From Verrucomicrobiota bacterium (GTDB taxonomy: Bacteria; Verrucomicrobiota; Verrucomicrobiia; Opitutales; Opitutaceae): DNA of 64,000 nucleotides. This document shows, piece by piece, positions 21,566 to 31,199 of this stretch (position 1 is its first letter; every line of letters starts with the position of its first letter). The position numbers and the translations under genes were made by a program. The notes below the pieces were generated by a model. It saw only the letters and a program-made list of their open reading frames with translations, was not told the DNA's origin and searched no databases. The stretch is taken from the NCBI GenBank assembly GCA_049322455.1, contig JBMOQY010000038.1:768-64767 (forward strand), in the 5' to 3' direction.

Positions 21566-22603
21566 ATGCGCTTCAAACACGCCTGCATCGAATCGCTGGC
21601 CGTGGCGCTGCCGGACGAGGTCTGGACCTCCGCCGCCATTGAGGAGCGGCTGAAACCGCTCTACGACCGCCTGCGACTACCCGTCGGACGGCTGGAGCTG
21701 ATGACCGGCATCAAGGAGCGGCGCATGTGGCCTGCGGGGACCAAACCGTCCGACGCCAGCGCCGCCGCAGGCCGCAACGCGCTCAAGGCATCGGCGCTGC
21801 GCGCGGAGCAGATGGAGGTTTTCATCCATTCGGCGGTCTGCCGCGACATGCTGGAGCCGGCCACGGCGTCGTTCGCGCACCGCAAGATCGGCCTTGGAAC
21901 CGGCTGCCAGGTCTTCGACATCTCCAACGCCTGCCTCGGGTTTCTCAACGGGCTGGTGACGCTCGCCGCCATGATTGACGCCGGGCAGATCCGGTGCGGC
22001 ATGGTGGCCTCGGGGGAGAACGGGCGCCCGTTGGTGGCGCGCACGATCAAGCACCTGTTGGAGACGCCCCTGGACCGCAACGCCATCAAGCCCTTCTTCG
22101 CCAATCTCACCATCGGATCGGCCGCGGTGGCGGCGGTCGTCTGCCACGAAGACCTTGTCCCGGCCGGCCGGCCGAAGCATCGGCTGGTTTGCGGCAGCGT
22201 CCATGCCGAGACGAAGCACAGCGAGCTCTGCCAGGGCGACAGCGCGGGTGACGCGTTGGTGATGGAAACCGACTCGGAGCAGTTGCTCCACGCCGGCATG
22301 GAGGTGGCCAAGACGACCTGGGCCAAATTCGCCGCCGAGTCCGGCTGGGCCGTTGGCACGCCCGAGCGCGTCATCACACATCAGGTCGGCTCCGCGCATC
22401 GTCGGAAACTCTACGAAACGCTCCAGATGGACCCGGCCAGGGATTACGCCTCGGTGGAGTTTCTCGGCAACACCGGGTCGGCCGCCTTGCCGGCGACTCT
22501 GGCGCTGGCCGCGGAACAGGGTGCGCTGCGCGCCGGACAGAAGGTGGCGTTGCTGGGCATAGGCAGCGGATTGAACAGCCTGATGCTGGCGGTCGAATGG
22601 TGA
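21566..22603 (+). CDS. Thiolase-superfamily KAS-III-type condensing enzyme (FabH/OleA-like)
   Basis: Cys-His-Asn contexts FDISNACLGFLNG, ITHQVGSAH, LGNTGSAALP. C-terminal LLGIGSGLNSLMLAVEW. Confidence 0.85.
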   Translation: MRFKHACIESLAVALPDEVWTSAAIEERLKPLYDRLRLPVGRLELMTGIKERRMWPAGTKPSDASAAAGRNALKASALRAEQMEVFIHSAVCRDMLEPATASFAHRKIGLGTGCQVFDISNACLGFLNGLVTLAAMIDAGQIRCGMVASGENGRPLVARTIKHLLETPLDRNAIKPFFANLTIGSAAVAAVVCHEDLVPAGRPKHRLVCGSVHAETKHSELCQGDSAGDALVMETDSEQLLHAGMEVAKTTWAKFAAESGWAVGTPERVITHQVGSAHRRKLYETLQMDPARDYASVEFLGNTGSAALPATLALAAEQGALRAGQKVALLGIGSGLNSLMLAVEW

Positions 22604-23478
22604 GAAACGCACAGCTTCCCGGCTGGCTCAAGGAGCTGTATCCGTTCGAACCGAAGCGCTTCGAGACAGGTTCCGGCGCGATGAGCTATCTGGACGAAGG
22701 CTCGGGCGATGAAGCCGTGCTGATGGTCCATGGCAATCCGACCTGGTCGTTTTTCTACCGCAACGTGATGCTGGCCCTGCGAGGACGCATCCGGTGCATC
22801 GCGCCGGACCACCTCGGCTGTGGTCTCTCGGACAAGCCGCAGGATTACGACTACACGCTGGCCAACCATGTGGCGAATCTGGGGCGACTGCTGGATTCCC
22901 TGAACCTGCGCAAGATCCACCTGATCGTGCACGACTGGGGCGGCCCCATTGGACTGGGAGCATGTCTGCCACGGCACGAAAAACTCGGGCGCGCGGTCAT
23001 TCTGAACACAGCCGCCTTCGCCGACACCGTGGTCCCTTGGCGCATCCGGTTTTGCCGCATTCCGGTGGTCGGGGAGGTCGCCGTGCGCGGTTTCAACGCC
23101 TTTGCCTGGCCGGCCACCTGGATGGCAGTGACCAAACCCCTGCCGAACTCCGTCAAACGCGGATTCCTGTTTCCCTACGATTCCTGGGCCAACCGCATCG
23201 CCACGCACCGCTTTGTCCGCGATATTCCACGAGGGGTGGGAGCCTCAAATGATCGCGCCCTGGCGAAAATCGAGGAGACGCTGCCCAGACTGCGCTCAAA
23301 CCCCGTCCGTCTCATTTGGGGCGGGCAGGATTTCTGTTTCAACCGGCACTATTTCGACCGCTGGAAGCTGATTCTTCCCAACGCCGCCGGCGATTACCTG
23401 ACCGAAGCAGGGCACTACCTGATCGAGGACGCCCCTGAAACCGTAGTCAGCCTGATAGAGCAGCACATTCTGCCGTAA
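22597..23478 (+). CDS. Haloalkane-dehalogenase-family alpha/beta hydrolase (OleB/HLD-like)
   Basis: HGNPTWSFFYR and Asp-nucleophile elbow HDWGGPIG. Overlaps the preceding gene by 7 nt. Confidence 0.85.
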   Translation: MVRNAQLPGWLKELYPFEPKRFETGSGAMSYLDEGSGDEAVLMVHGNPTWSFFYRNVMLALRGRIRCIAPDHLGCGLSDKPQDYDYTLANHVANLGRLLDSLNLRKIHLIVHDWGGPIGLGACLPRHEKLGRAVILNTAAFADTVVPWRIRFCRIPVVGEVAVRGFNAFAWPATWMAVTKPLPNSVKRGFLFPYDSWANRIATHRFVRDIPRGVGASNDRALAKIEETLPRLRSNPVRLIWGGQDFCFNRHYFDRWKLILPNAAGDYLTEAGHYLIEDAPETVVSLIEQHILP

Positions 23479-23564
23479 CTCATCAATATCTCGTTAATAG
23501 TATTATAGACATAATCTATATTGTGCCATGAGCTGGGCGCGGTGCCCTTAAGAATAGGCAAACC

Positions 23565-24890
23565 TTACTGTGCCAGGCCCCAACGCTTGGTCAGCGGGTA
23601 ATAGATGAACAGCGGGCGTCCGACGACGTCCTTCTCGGGCACGAAGCCCCACATGCGGCTGTCCTTGCTGCGCGGCGAATTGTCGCCCATCGCGAAATAT
23701 GAGTGATCGGGCACGGTCAGAGTTTGTCCGATGGGCAGATAGCTGCCGGCGTTCGTGTAACCCGGATACAGCCCATCGCGCCGGGCGTTCCGGCTGAAAG
23801 CATCGGCGCCGTCGATCGGCCGGCCGTTGCGATACAAGGCCGGCGCCCGGACCTCCAGTGTGTCTCCTGGCGAACCGACCAGCCGCTTTACGTAATACTG
23901 CCGGATCTGCCGGCCCGCGTAATCCTGCATCTCCGGGCTGTTGATGTTCTCGGTTTTGAACACGAAACCCGAACCGACCTTGGGCCGGACGAAATTGTAG
24001 CTCAGCCGGTCCACGAACAGCAGGTCGCCGGTCAGAATGTCGAAGGAGAGTATCTCCTCGCCCTTGCGGACCATCTTGCCGGTCGGCACCCAATAGACCC
24101 GGGCATCGATGTGCCGCCCCCCGCTCACCACTTCCATCATCGAGGACTCCAGTTGACTGGCGCCGTTGGCGGTCTGGGCCGCCCGCAAGAGACCGTTTTT
24201 TGCGCCTTTGAAGAGCGTCTGCTCGAGCACCTCGTCGTAGCCGAACTGGTCGGACTGCGCCCAGTCGGCTGGCACGGTGAGCTTCACCGGCTGCCCGGCC
24301 ACCATGACCGTGTATTCGCGCATCAGCGTCGGGAAAACGAACATGCTGCGGCCCGGTTTTTCCGTGTAGGCGGGCGCGCCATGGCGGAAGACCGGCACCA
24401 GCACCTCGCCGTCCGCCGGTGCTTGCAGCGCGTAATTGACCGCGCCCAGGCCGACCAGGCGCGCCGCCCGGCGCAGGAGCCCGGGCTTCTCGCCTTCGGG
24501 AAAGACCTCGGAGGTCATTCCGTAATAGGTCGGCCACATCGAATTCGTGGGAATCTTGAACGGCTGGACGAAATACGCGCGCAACCCGAGGATCACGATC
24601 GCCGCGACCAGGAAAAACTCGACGTTTTCGACCAGCGACGTGGTCGGATACTGGCGGCCGCCGCAAGCCCGCATCACGCCTTCCAGGCGCTCAATGGCGG
24701 GTTTCAGGGCCGTGGCATCCGCCTTCTCGCGGAGCAGTCCCTTCAGCTCCGCCATGGCCGTGAGCAGTCCCCCGCTCTGCTCGGCCGTGAGCTGGTCGCG
24801 CCGGTAGTCGTGGATCCGTTGCGCCAGTTCGAGCCAGTGGGCGGCACTGTGGCGGAGTTTGGAGGACTCGGAGCGCAGGAAGTCGAACAC
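23565..24890 (-). CDS. lepB: Signal peptidase I (long N-terminal form)
   Basis: Box B PTNSMWPT, box D YVKRLVGSPGD, box E GDNSPRSKDSRMWG. GTG start. Downstream of lepA. Confidence 0.9.
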   Translation of the reverse strand: MFDFLRSESSKLRHSAAHWLELAQRIHDYRRDQLTAEQSGGLLTAMAELKGLLREKADATALKPAIERLEGVMRACGGRQYPTTSLVENVEFFLVAAIVILGLRAYFVQPFKIPTNSMWPTYYGMTSEVFPEGEKPGLLRRAARLVGLGAVNYALQAPADGEVLVPVFRHGAPAYTEKPGRSMFVFPTLMREYTVMVAGQPVKLTVPADWAQSDQFGYDEVLEQTLFKGAKNGLLRAAQTANGASQLESSMMEVVSGGRHIDARVYWVPTGKMVRKGEEILSFDILTGDLLFVDRLSYNFVRPKVGSGFVFKTENINSPEMQDYAGRQIRQYYVKRLVGSPGDTLEVRAPALYRNGRPIDGADAFSRNARRDGLYPGYTNAGSYLPIGQTLTVPDHSYFAMGDNSPRSKDSRMWGFVPEKDVVGRPLFIYYPLTKRWGLAQ

Positions 24891-24903
24891 GGCGTCGGTG
24901 GAT

Positions 24904-26706
24904 TTAGCTGTTGGTCTTCAGCACCTGGATGAAGGCATCGGGAGGGATCGAGACCCGGCCGATCTGCTTCATCTTCTTTTTGCCCTCTTTCTGCTTTTCG
25001 AGAAGCTTCCGTTTGCGGGTGATGTCGCCGCCGTAGCATTTCGCGGTCACATCCTTGCGCATCTCGCGGACGTTGTCCCGGGCGATGATCTTGCCGCCGA
25101 TGGCGGCCTGCACGGCGATCTTGAACATCTGCGGCGGGATGATGTCGGCCAGCTTTTCGCAGAGGGCCCGGCCCTGGGTCTCGGCCTTGGTCCGGTGCAC
25201 GATGCTGGCAAACGCGTCCACCGGGTCGCTGTTGACGAGGATTTCCATCTTCACGAGGTCCGAGGCGCGGTATTCGCCGAGTTCGTAGTCCATGGAGCCA
25301 TAGCCGCGGGTGATGCTCTTCAACCGGTCGTTGAAGTCCACCAGGATTTCGTTGAGCGGCAGCGTGCAGGTGAGCATCACGCGGCTGGCGTCGAGGGTGT
25401 CGGTGTGGTCGCAGGTGCCGCGTTTTTCCATCACAAGCGCAAGGATGTCGCCGAGGAATTCGTTGGGCAGGTGAATCGAGGCCTTGATGGTGGGCTCGAG
25501 GATCTCCTCGATCGAAGCAGGATCCGGCAGGTTGATCGGGTTGTCCACTTCGATGATCCCGCCGCCGTGCTTTTTGACCTTATAGACGACGCTCGGATAC
25601 GTGGAGATGATCTCGACGTCGTATTCGCGACGGATGCGCTCCTGAATGACCTCCATGTGCAGAAGCCCGAGGAAGCCGCAACGGAAACCGAAGCCCAGCG
25701 CCACCGAGGTCTCCGAGGAATAGACCAGCGCTGAGTCGTTGAGCCGCAGTTTGCCGAGCGCGACCTTGAGCTTCTCATAGTCGCTGGACTCGAGCGGATA
25801 CAGGCCGCAATACACCATCGGCCGCACTTCCTTGTAGCCGGGCAGCATCTCGGTGGCCGCCTTGTTGGCGTGCGTGATGGTGTCGCCGATCTTGATCTCG
25901 TCGGTGCTCTTGATGTTGCAGACAATGTAGCCGACGTCACCGGGCCCGAGATGGCCGATTTTCTCCATGCCGGGCCGGAACACCCCGACCTCCTTCACCT
26001 CGGAACGCTGGCCGTTGCTCATGAGCAGCATCATCTCGCCGGCCTTGACGGTGCCGGAGAAGACGCGGACGTAGGAGATCACGCCGCGATAGGCGTCGTA
26101 TTTGGAATCGAAGACCAGCGCGCGGAGCGCGGGATTATCGGTCCAGCGCGGCGGCGGCACGCGCTTCACCACTGCCTCCAGGATGTCCTCGATGCCGATG
26201 CCGGCCTTGCCGCTGGCAAGGATGGCCTCCTCGGCGGGGATGGTGAGGATGTCCTCGAGCTGCCTGAGGCAGAGTTCGAGGTTGGCGCTGGGCAGGTCGA
26301 TCTTGTTGATGACCGGAATGATCTTGAGCCCCTGGGCGAACGCCAGGTGGGCGTTGGCCACGGTCTGGGCCTCGACGCCCTGCGCGGCATCAATCAGGAG
26401 CAGCGCGCCCTCGCAGGCCGCGAGCGAACGCGACACCTCGTAGGAGAAATCCACGTGGCCGGGTGTGTCGGTCAGGTGCAGCTTGTAGGTCTGCCCGTCC
26501 TTGGCCGGATAGTGCATGACCACCGGGTGCATCTTGATGGTGATGCCCCGCTCCTTCTCGAGATCCATCGAATCGAGGTGCTGGTCGGTCATCACCCGCT
26601 GCGCGACGGTGCTGGTGTATTCGAGCAGCCGGTCGGACAGCGTCGTCTTGCCGTGATCGACGTGGGCGATGATGCAGAAATTACGCGTGAGTGGCGCCGA
26701 CGACAT
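24904..26706 (-). CDS. lepA: Translation elongation factor 4
   Basis: [22 protein letters not shown]-type G domain and the full-length (600 aa) EF4 pattern, including the C-terminal LepA domain. Confidence 0.97.
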   Translation of the reverse strand: MSSAPLTRNFCIIAHVDHGKTTLSDRLLEYTSTVAQRVMTDQHLDSMDLEKERGITIKMHPVVMHYPAKDGQTYKLHLTDTPGHVDFSYEVSRSLAACEGALLLIDAAQGVEAQTVANAHLAFAQGLKIIPVINKIDLPSANLELCLRQLEDILTIPAEEAILASGKAGIGIEDILEAVVKRVPPPRWTDNPALRALVFDSKYDAYRGVISYVRVFSGTVKAGEMMLLMSNGQRSEVKEVGVFRPGMEKIGHLGPGDVGYIVCNIKSTDEIKIGDTITHANKAATEMLPGYKEVRPMVYCGLYPLESSDYEKLKVALGKLRLNDSALVYSSETSVALGFGFRCGFLGLLHMEVIQERIRREYDVEIISTYPSVVYKVKKHGGGIIEVDNPINLPDPASIEEILEPTIKASIHLPNEFLGDILALVMEKRGTCDHTDTLDASRVMLTCTLPLNEILVDFNDRLKSITRGYGSMDYELGEYRASDLVKMEILVNSDPVDAFASIVHRTKAETQGRALCEKLADIIPPQMFKIAVQAAIGGKIIARDNVREMRKDVTAKCYGGDITRKRKLLEKQKEGKKKMKQIGRVSIPPDAFIQVLKTNS

Positions 26707-26712
26707 GATGGT

Positions 26713-27618
26713 TCAGGCGGGGGTGTCCGCGTATTCGGCGAAGGATTTGACCACCCAGTTCCTGTCCGTGCGCTTGGCCAGACCGGCAAGCACGGCGCCG
26801 GGGCCGCATTCCCAGAACTCGGTGGCGCCGGCGGCGACCGCGCTGCGCATGCAGTCCTCCCAGAGGACAGACGAGACAATCTGCCGCACGAGTGCCTCGC
26901 GAATGGCGGCAGGTTCGCGGACAGCCTGCCCGGTGGTGTTGGTGAAGACCGTGAAGCGCGGGGCCTTGAACGCCACACCGGCCAGATAGCGGGCGAACTC
27001 CTCGCGGGCCGGCTCCATCAGGCGGCTGTGATAGGCGCCGGCGACATTGAGCGCGATGACGCGTTTCAGGCCCTTGTGCTTGGCGGCGGCGACGAGCGCG
27101 TCCACCCTGGATTTCTCCCCCGAAACGATGATCTGGCCGGGGGCGTTGAAGTTGGCGGCTTGAATGTCGAATTCACGGCACAGCGCCTCGATCGTCGCGC
27201 GCTCCTCGCCGATGATGGCGGCCATGCCGCCTGTGGATTTTTCGCAGGCTGCTTGCATGAGCCGGCCGCGCTCGGCCACGACCGCCAGTCCGGTGGCGAA
27301 GTCGAACACTCCGGCGGCCGCCAGTGCGGTGACTTCCCCGAGGCTGAGCCCGAAAGCCATCGTGACCGCGGGCACCACGCCTTTCTCCCGGAGCGTCGCC
27401 AGCATTGCCAGACCGTGCACATAGAGCGCCGGCTGGCAGACTTTGGTCTGGGTGAGTTCGGCATCGGGGCCCTCAAAGCTGACCTTGGTCAGGCTCCAGC
27501 CGAGCACGCGATCGGCCTCGTCGTAAAGCGACCGCGCGGCGGGGGAGCCTTCGTAGAGCGACTTGCCCATGCCGACCTTCTGGGCGCCCTGACCTGCAAA
27601 AAGGAGTGCCAATGACAT
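26713..27618 (-). CDS. fabD: Malonyl-CoA:ACP transacylase
   Basis: LLFAGQGAQKVGMG and GLSLGEVTAL active-site serine motif. Start at internal ATG MSLALLF. Confidence 0.92.
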   Translation of the reverse strand: MSLALLFAGQGAQKVGMGKSLYEGSPAARSLYDEADRVLGWSLTKVSFEGPDAELTQTKVCQPALYVHGLAMLATLREKGVVPAVTMAFGLSLGEVTALAAAGVFDFATGLAVVAERGRLMQAACEKSTGGMAAIIGEERATIEALCREFDIQAANFNAPGQIIVSGEKSRVDALVAAAKHKGLKRVIALNVAGAYHSRLMEPAREEFARYLAGVAFKAPRFTVFTNTTGQAVREPAAIREALVRQIVSSVLWEDCMRSAVAAGATEFWECGPGAVLAGLAKRTDRNWVVKSFAEYADTPA

Positions 27619-27731
27619 AGATGAAGGGCCGGTTAAACCCACCCCCCGGCCAAAAACCAAGTCCTAAAAATCACCGCCGCCGGGGCGGCAATCCGCCGGC
27701 CGGGGCGCCGTTCCGGGCAGCACGGGAAGCA

Positions 27732-28826
27732 TCAGGTCTTGAAGAAGATGCCCTTGAGGTTCATCTCCAGCGCCGCGGGGTTCGGCGAGAAGCGGAGCCC
27801 GTCGGCCTTGCTGATCTTGCCTTCCTTGATGAGACGGTAGAGGTCCTTGTTGAAGGATTTGGACATGCCATCCGCGCCCGAATCGAGGAGCTGCTGGATC
27901 TTGTCGTTCTGACCGTCGAGGATCAGGTTGCGGACGGTGGCGTCGGCCACGAGGATCTCGTGTGCGGCGAAACGGCCGCCGCCTTCGAGCGCGGGGATGA
28001 GCTTCTGGCAGATGAAACCGCGCAGGGAGCCGGCGATCTGGCGGCGGGCCTGGGCGATTTGCTCCGGGGGGAAGAATTCAAATAGGCGCGTGAGCGACTG
28101 GGCCACGGTGGCGGCGTGCATGGTCGAGAAGACCAGGTGGCCCGTTTCGGCGGCGGAGATGGCGGTCTCGAACGTCTCCTTGTCGCGCATTTCTCCGATC
28201 AGGATGATGTCGGGATTCTGGCGCAGCACCGATTTGATCGCCAGCTCGAAGCTCGGCACATCGAGCCCGATCTCGCGCTGCTGAAACAGGGACTTGTCGT
28301 CGCTGAACGTGTATTCGATCGGGTCCTCGATGCTCACGATGTGCTTGTCCATGTTCTGGTTCACCCAGTTCAGCATGGCGGCCATGGTGGAGCTCTTGCC
28401 CGAGCCCGTGGCGCCGCAGACCAGGAGGATGCCATCCTTGGACTGGGCCAGCTTGATCAGGGTCTCGGCTTCGATCTTCAGTTCCTCAAAGGTGGGCGGG
28501 CGGCTCTTGATGTGGCGGAATACGATGCTCACCAGCCCGCGCTGATGGAAGGCGTTCACACGGAAGCGGCCGATGTCGTCGGCGGCGTAGGCGAAGTCCA
28601 CCTGGCCGTCCTTGTCCCACTTGTCCTTGAAAATGCGGGGCACCTTCTCGTCCACGAAGGCCTGCGCTTGCTCGCAGCTGATCGGGTCCATCTCCACCGG
28701 GCGGAGCCGGCCGCCAAGGCGCAGGTAGCCGGGTTTTTCGGACTTGATCACGATGTCGCTGGCACCGCTTTCCACGGCGAGCTTAAGCAGATCGTTAACA
28801 ATTTCGGTATGAAGTGTGGTGCTCAT
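27732..28826 (-). CDS. pilT: Type IV pilus retraction ATPase PilT/PilU family
   Basis: 364 aa. Walker A GATGSGKSST, IEDPIEY, GEMRD, AHEILV-type motifs. Confidence 0.9.
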   Translation of the reverse strand: MSTTLHTEIVNDLLKLAVESGASDIVIKSEKPGYLRLGGRLRPVEMDPISCEQAQAFVDEKVPRIFKDKWDKDGQVDFAYAADDIGRFRVNAFHQRGLVSIVFRHIKSRPPTFEELKIEAETLIKLAQSKDGILLVCGATGSGKSSTMAAMLNWVNQNMDKHIVSIEDPIEYTFSDDKSLFQQREIGLDVPSFELAIKSVLRQNPDIILIGEMRDKETFETAISAAETGHLVFSTMHAATVAQSLTRLFEFFPPEQIAQARRQIAGSLRGFICQKLIPALEGGGRFAAHEILVADATVRNLILDGQNDKIQQLLDSGADGMSKSFNKDLYRLIKEGKISKADGLRFSPNPAALEMNLKGIFFKT

Positions 28827-28904
28827 GGAATTTTATGCGTGAACCGCCCTTGAACCTGTGCTTTGCCTACAGCCTAACTTTGCTCCGTTCAAGGTAACTT
28901 TCCC

Positions 28905-29795
28905 ATGAATCGTTCCCGCACCTTCACCGGCACCTACACCGCCATCGTCACGCCCTTCCGGGACGGGGCCGTCGCCTTCGATGAGCTGAGGAAACTGGTG
29001 AGCTTCCAGATCAAGGCCGGCATCAGCGGCCTCGTGCCCGTCGGCACCACCGGCGAATCGCCGACCGTGTCGCCCGAGGAGCACCTCGAGGTCATCCGCT
29101 GCACCATCGAGACCGCCCGCGGTCGCGTGCCGGTCATCGCCGGCACCGGCTCGAACTCCACCCGCGAGGCGATCGACATGACCAAGGCCGCCGACGCGGC
29201 CGGGGCCGACGCCTTTCTGCTCGTCGCCCCCTACTACAACCGGCCGACCCAGGAGGGCTTGTTCCGGCATTTCGCCGCCATCGCCGAGGTCACCGCCAAG
29301 CCCATCGTGCTCTACTCCATCCCCGGCCGCTGCGGCATCGAGATCGGGGTGCCGGTCATCGAGCGCCTCCGCGCAAGGTATCCCCACGTCGCGCACATCA
29401 AGGAGGCCGGCGGCAGCGTGGACCGCGTGGATCAGATCATCTCCGCCCTCGGCAACGACATCACAGTGCTCAGCGGTGACGATTCCCTCACCCTGCCCTT
29501 CATGGCCGTCGGCGCCAAGGGCGTGGTCAGCGTCGCCAGCAACCTCTATCCGCGCGAGGTCGGCAAACTCGTCGCCCTCGCCCTGGCCGGCGATTACGCC
29601 AGGGCCCGCACCCTGCATCGCCGCCTCTACCCGGTCTTCAAGGCCGTTTTCGTCGAATCCAACCCTGCGCCGATCAAACTCGCCCTGACCCGCGCCGGCA
29701 TCATCGGTTCCGAGGAAGTCCGCCCGCCGCTCTGCCCCCTGAGCGACGCCAGCCGCCAAATCCTGCTCGCCGCCCTCAAGACTTTCGACCGCTGA
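28905..29795 (+). CDS. dapA: 4-hydroxy-tetrahydrodipicolinate synthase
   Basis: GTYTAIVTPF..., VPVGTTGES, YNRPTQEG, IKEAGG (Schiff-base Lys context). Confidence 0.95.
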   Translation: MNRSRTFTGTYTAIVTPFRDGAVAFDELRKLVSFQIKAGISGLVPVGTTGESPTVSPEEHLEVIRCTIETARGRVPVIAGTGSNSTREAIDMTKAADAAGADAFLLVAPYYNRPTQEGLFRHFAAIAEVTAKPIVLYSIPGRCGIEIGVPVIERLRARYPHVAHIKEAGGSVDRVDQIISALGNDITVLSGDDSLTLPFMAVGAKGVVSVASNLYPREVGKLVALALAGDYARARTLHRRLYPVFKAVFVESNPAPIKLALTRAGIIGSEEVRPPLCPLSDASRQILLAALKTFDR

Positions 29796-29798
29796 CCC

Positions 29799-30530
29799 AT
29801 GAGCCTCAGAATTCTTCTCAATGGCGCCAAGGGCCGCATGGGACAGGCCGTCGTCGCCGCCGCCGGCGAAATGGACGCCTCCATCGCCGCTGCCGTGGAT
29901 GCGGGCGACGATCCCGCCCCGCACCTGACCGCCTGCGATGTGGTCATCGATTTCAGTTCGCCTCACGCCACGGGCAAGCTGCTGGAACTCGCCGTCGCGC
30001 ACCGCAAGCCCATCGTCATCGGCACGACCGGACACTCCGCCGACGAGAAGCACCGCCTGCTCGCCCTCGCGGGGAAGGCACCCTGTGTCTGGGCCGGCAA
30101 TTTTTCCGTGGGCGTCAACCTGCTCTTCGCGCTCACCCGCCGCGCCGCCGCGGTCCTCGGCGCCGACTACGACGCTGAGGTGATCGAGATGCACCACCGC
30201 TTCAAGAAGGATGCGCCGAGCGGCACCGCCGCACGCCTGCTCGAGATCATCCTGGAGCAGCGCAAGCTCACCACCGATGCGGTGCGCCATGGCCGCTCCG
30301 GCATCACCGGCGAACGCACGTCCGCCGAGGTCGGCGTGCACGCCTTGCGCGGCGGAGACGTCGTGGGCGACCACACGGTACTCTTCGCCGCCCTCGGCGA
30401 GCGCCTCGAGCTCACGCACAAGGCCTCCGACCGGGGCATCTTCGCCCGTGGAGCCGTCCGGGCCGCGCATTGGGTCGTCGGCCGTCCCGCCGGCGTTTAC
30501 GACATGCAGGACGTGCTCGGCCTCAGATGA
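29799..30530 (+). CDS. dapB: 4-hydroxy-tetrahydrodipicolinate reductase
   Basis: NGAKGRMG N-terminus and EMHHRFKKDAPSGTA signature. Confidence 0.93.
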   Translation: MSLRILLNGAKGRMGQAVVAAAGEMDASIAAAVDAGDDPAPHLTACDVVIDFSSPHATGKLLELAVAHRKPIVIGTTGHSADEKHRLLALAGKAPCVWAGNFSVGVNLLFALTRRAAAVLGADYDAEVIEMHHRFKKDAPSGTAARLLEIILEQRKLTTDAVRHGRSGITGERTSAEVGVHALRGGDVVGDHTVLFAALGERLELTHKASDRGIFARGAVRAAHWVVGRPAGVYDMQDVLGLR

Positions 30531-31135
30531 TCACGAGCGTCTCCGGCACCCTCGTCTCCGCCACGCCCCTCTCCGCAGTCATCGAGACCGGCGGCCTGGG
30601 CTACGAGATCCATGTCCCGGTCACGACCGCCGAACGGCTCCCGGCGCCCGGCCATGCCGCCAGGCTGCACACCCTTGCGGTCTATCGCGAGGATTCCGCC
30701 ACCCTCTACGGCTTCGCCACGATCGAGGAGCGCGACTTTTTCCGTCTGCTCGTTGAAAAGGTCACCGGCGTCGGCCCCAAGATGGCGCTGAGCCTCATGA
30801 GCAAGCTATCGCTCGCCACGCTGAAAGCGGCCATTGCCGCGGGCGATGTCGGCCTGCTGGCCAAGTGTCCGGGCATCGGCAAGAAGACCGCCGAGCGCCT
30901 GGTGATCGAATTGCGCGATAAACTGAGTCCCGCCGAACTCGGCCGCGTTTCGTCCGACCCGGCGGAGGGCGTCCACGCGACGGCGCCCGGCGACAGCCGC
31001 GTCAACGATGCCGTGCTGGCTTTGACCGCGCTCGGCTACAAGGCCGCCGACGCCGACAGGGCCGTGCGCCAGGCGCGGATCGCTCTCGGCCCCTTGGCGA
31101 CGACGGAGGCGCTCATCAAGAAGGCGCTGGGCTGA
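30527..31135 (+). CDS. ruvA: Holliday junction helicase subunit RuvA
   Basis: MITSVSGTLV...GLGYEIHVP OB-fold start, tandem HhH motifs (VTGVGPKMAL, CPGIGKKTAERL). ATGA overlap with dapB. Confidence 0.9.
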   Translation: MITSVSGTLVSATPLSAVIETGGLGYEIHVPVTTAERLPAPGHAARLHTLAVYREDSATLYGFATIEERDFFRLLVEKVTGVGPKMALSLMSKLSLATLKAAIAAGDVGLLAKCPGIGKKTAERLVIELRDKLSPAELGRVSSDPAEGVHATAPGDSRVNDAVLALTALGYKAADADRAVRQARIALGPLATTEALIKKALG

Positions 31136-31160
31136 GAAAGGCCGGCGCCAGACGGCCGCA

Positions 31161-31191
31161 AAAAAGCCGCCCATAAAGGCGGGCGGCTTTT
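31161..31191. terminator. Bidirectional rho-independent terminator
   Basis: AAAAGCCGCCC-loop-GGGCGGCTTTT between convergent ruvA (+) and the anti-sigma gene (-). Confidence 0.6.
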
Positions 31192-31199
31192 GGCGTAGA

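Noticed and set aside
14923-23478. Calling the cluster a complete OleABCD olefin pathway, an aryl-polyene cluster or a ladderane-type cluster.
   Set aside because: OleC- and OleD-type genes are absent. No aryl-starter, glycosyl/acyltransferase or LolA-like genes typical of aryl-polyene loci are present, and there are no radical-SAM genes. Only the partial resemblance is reported.
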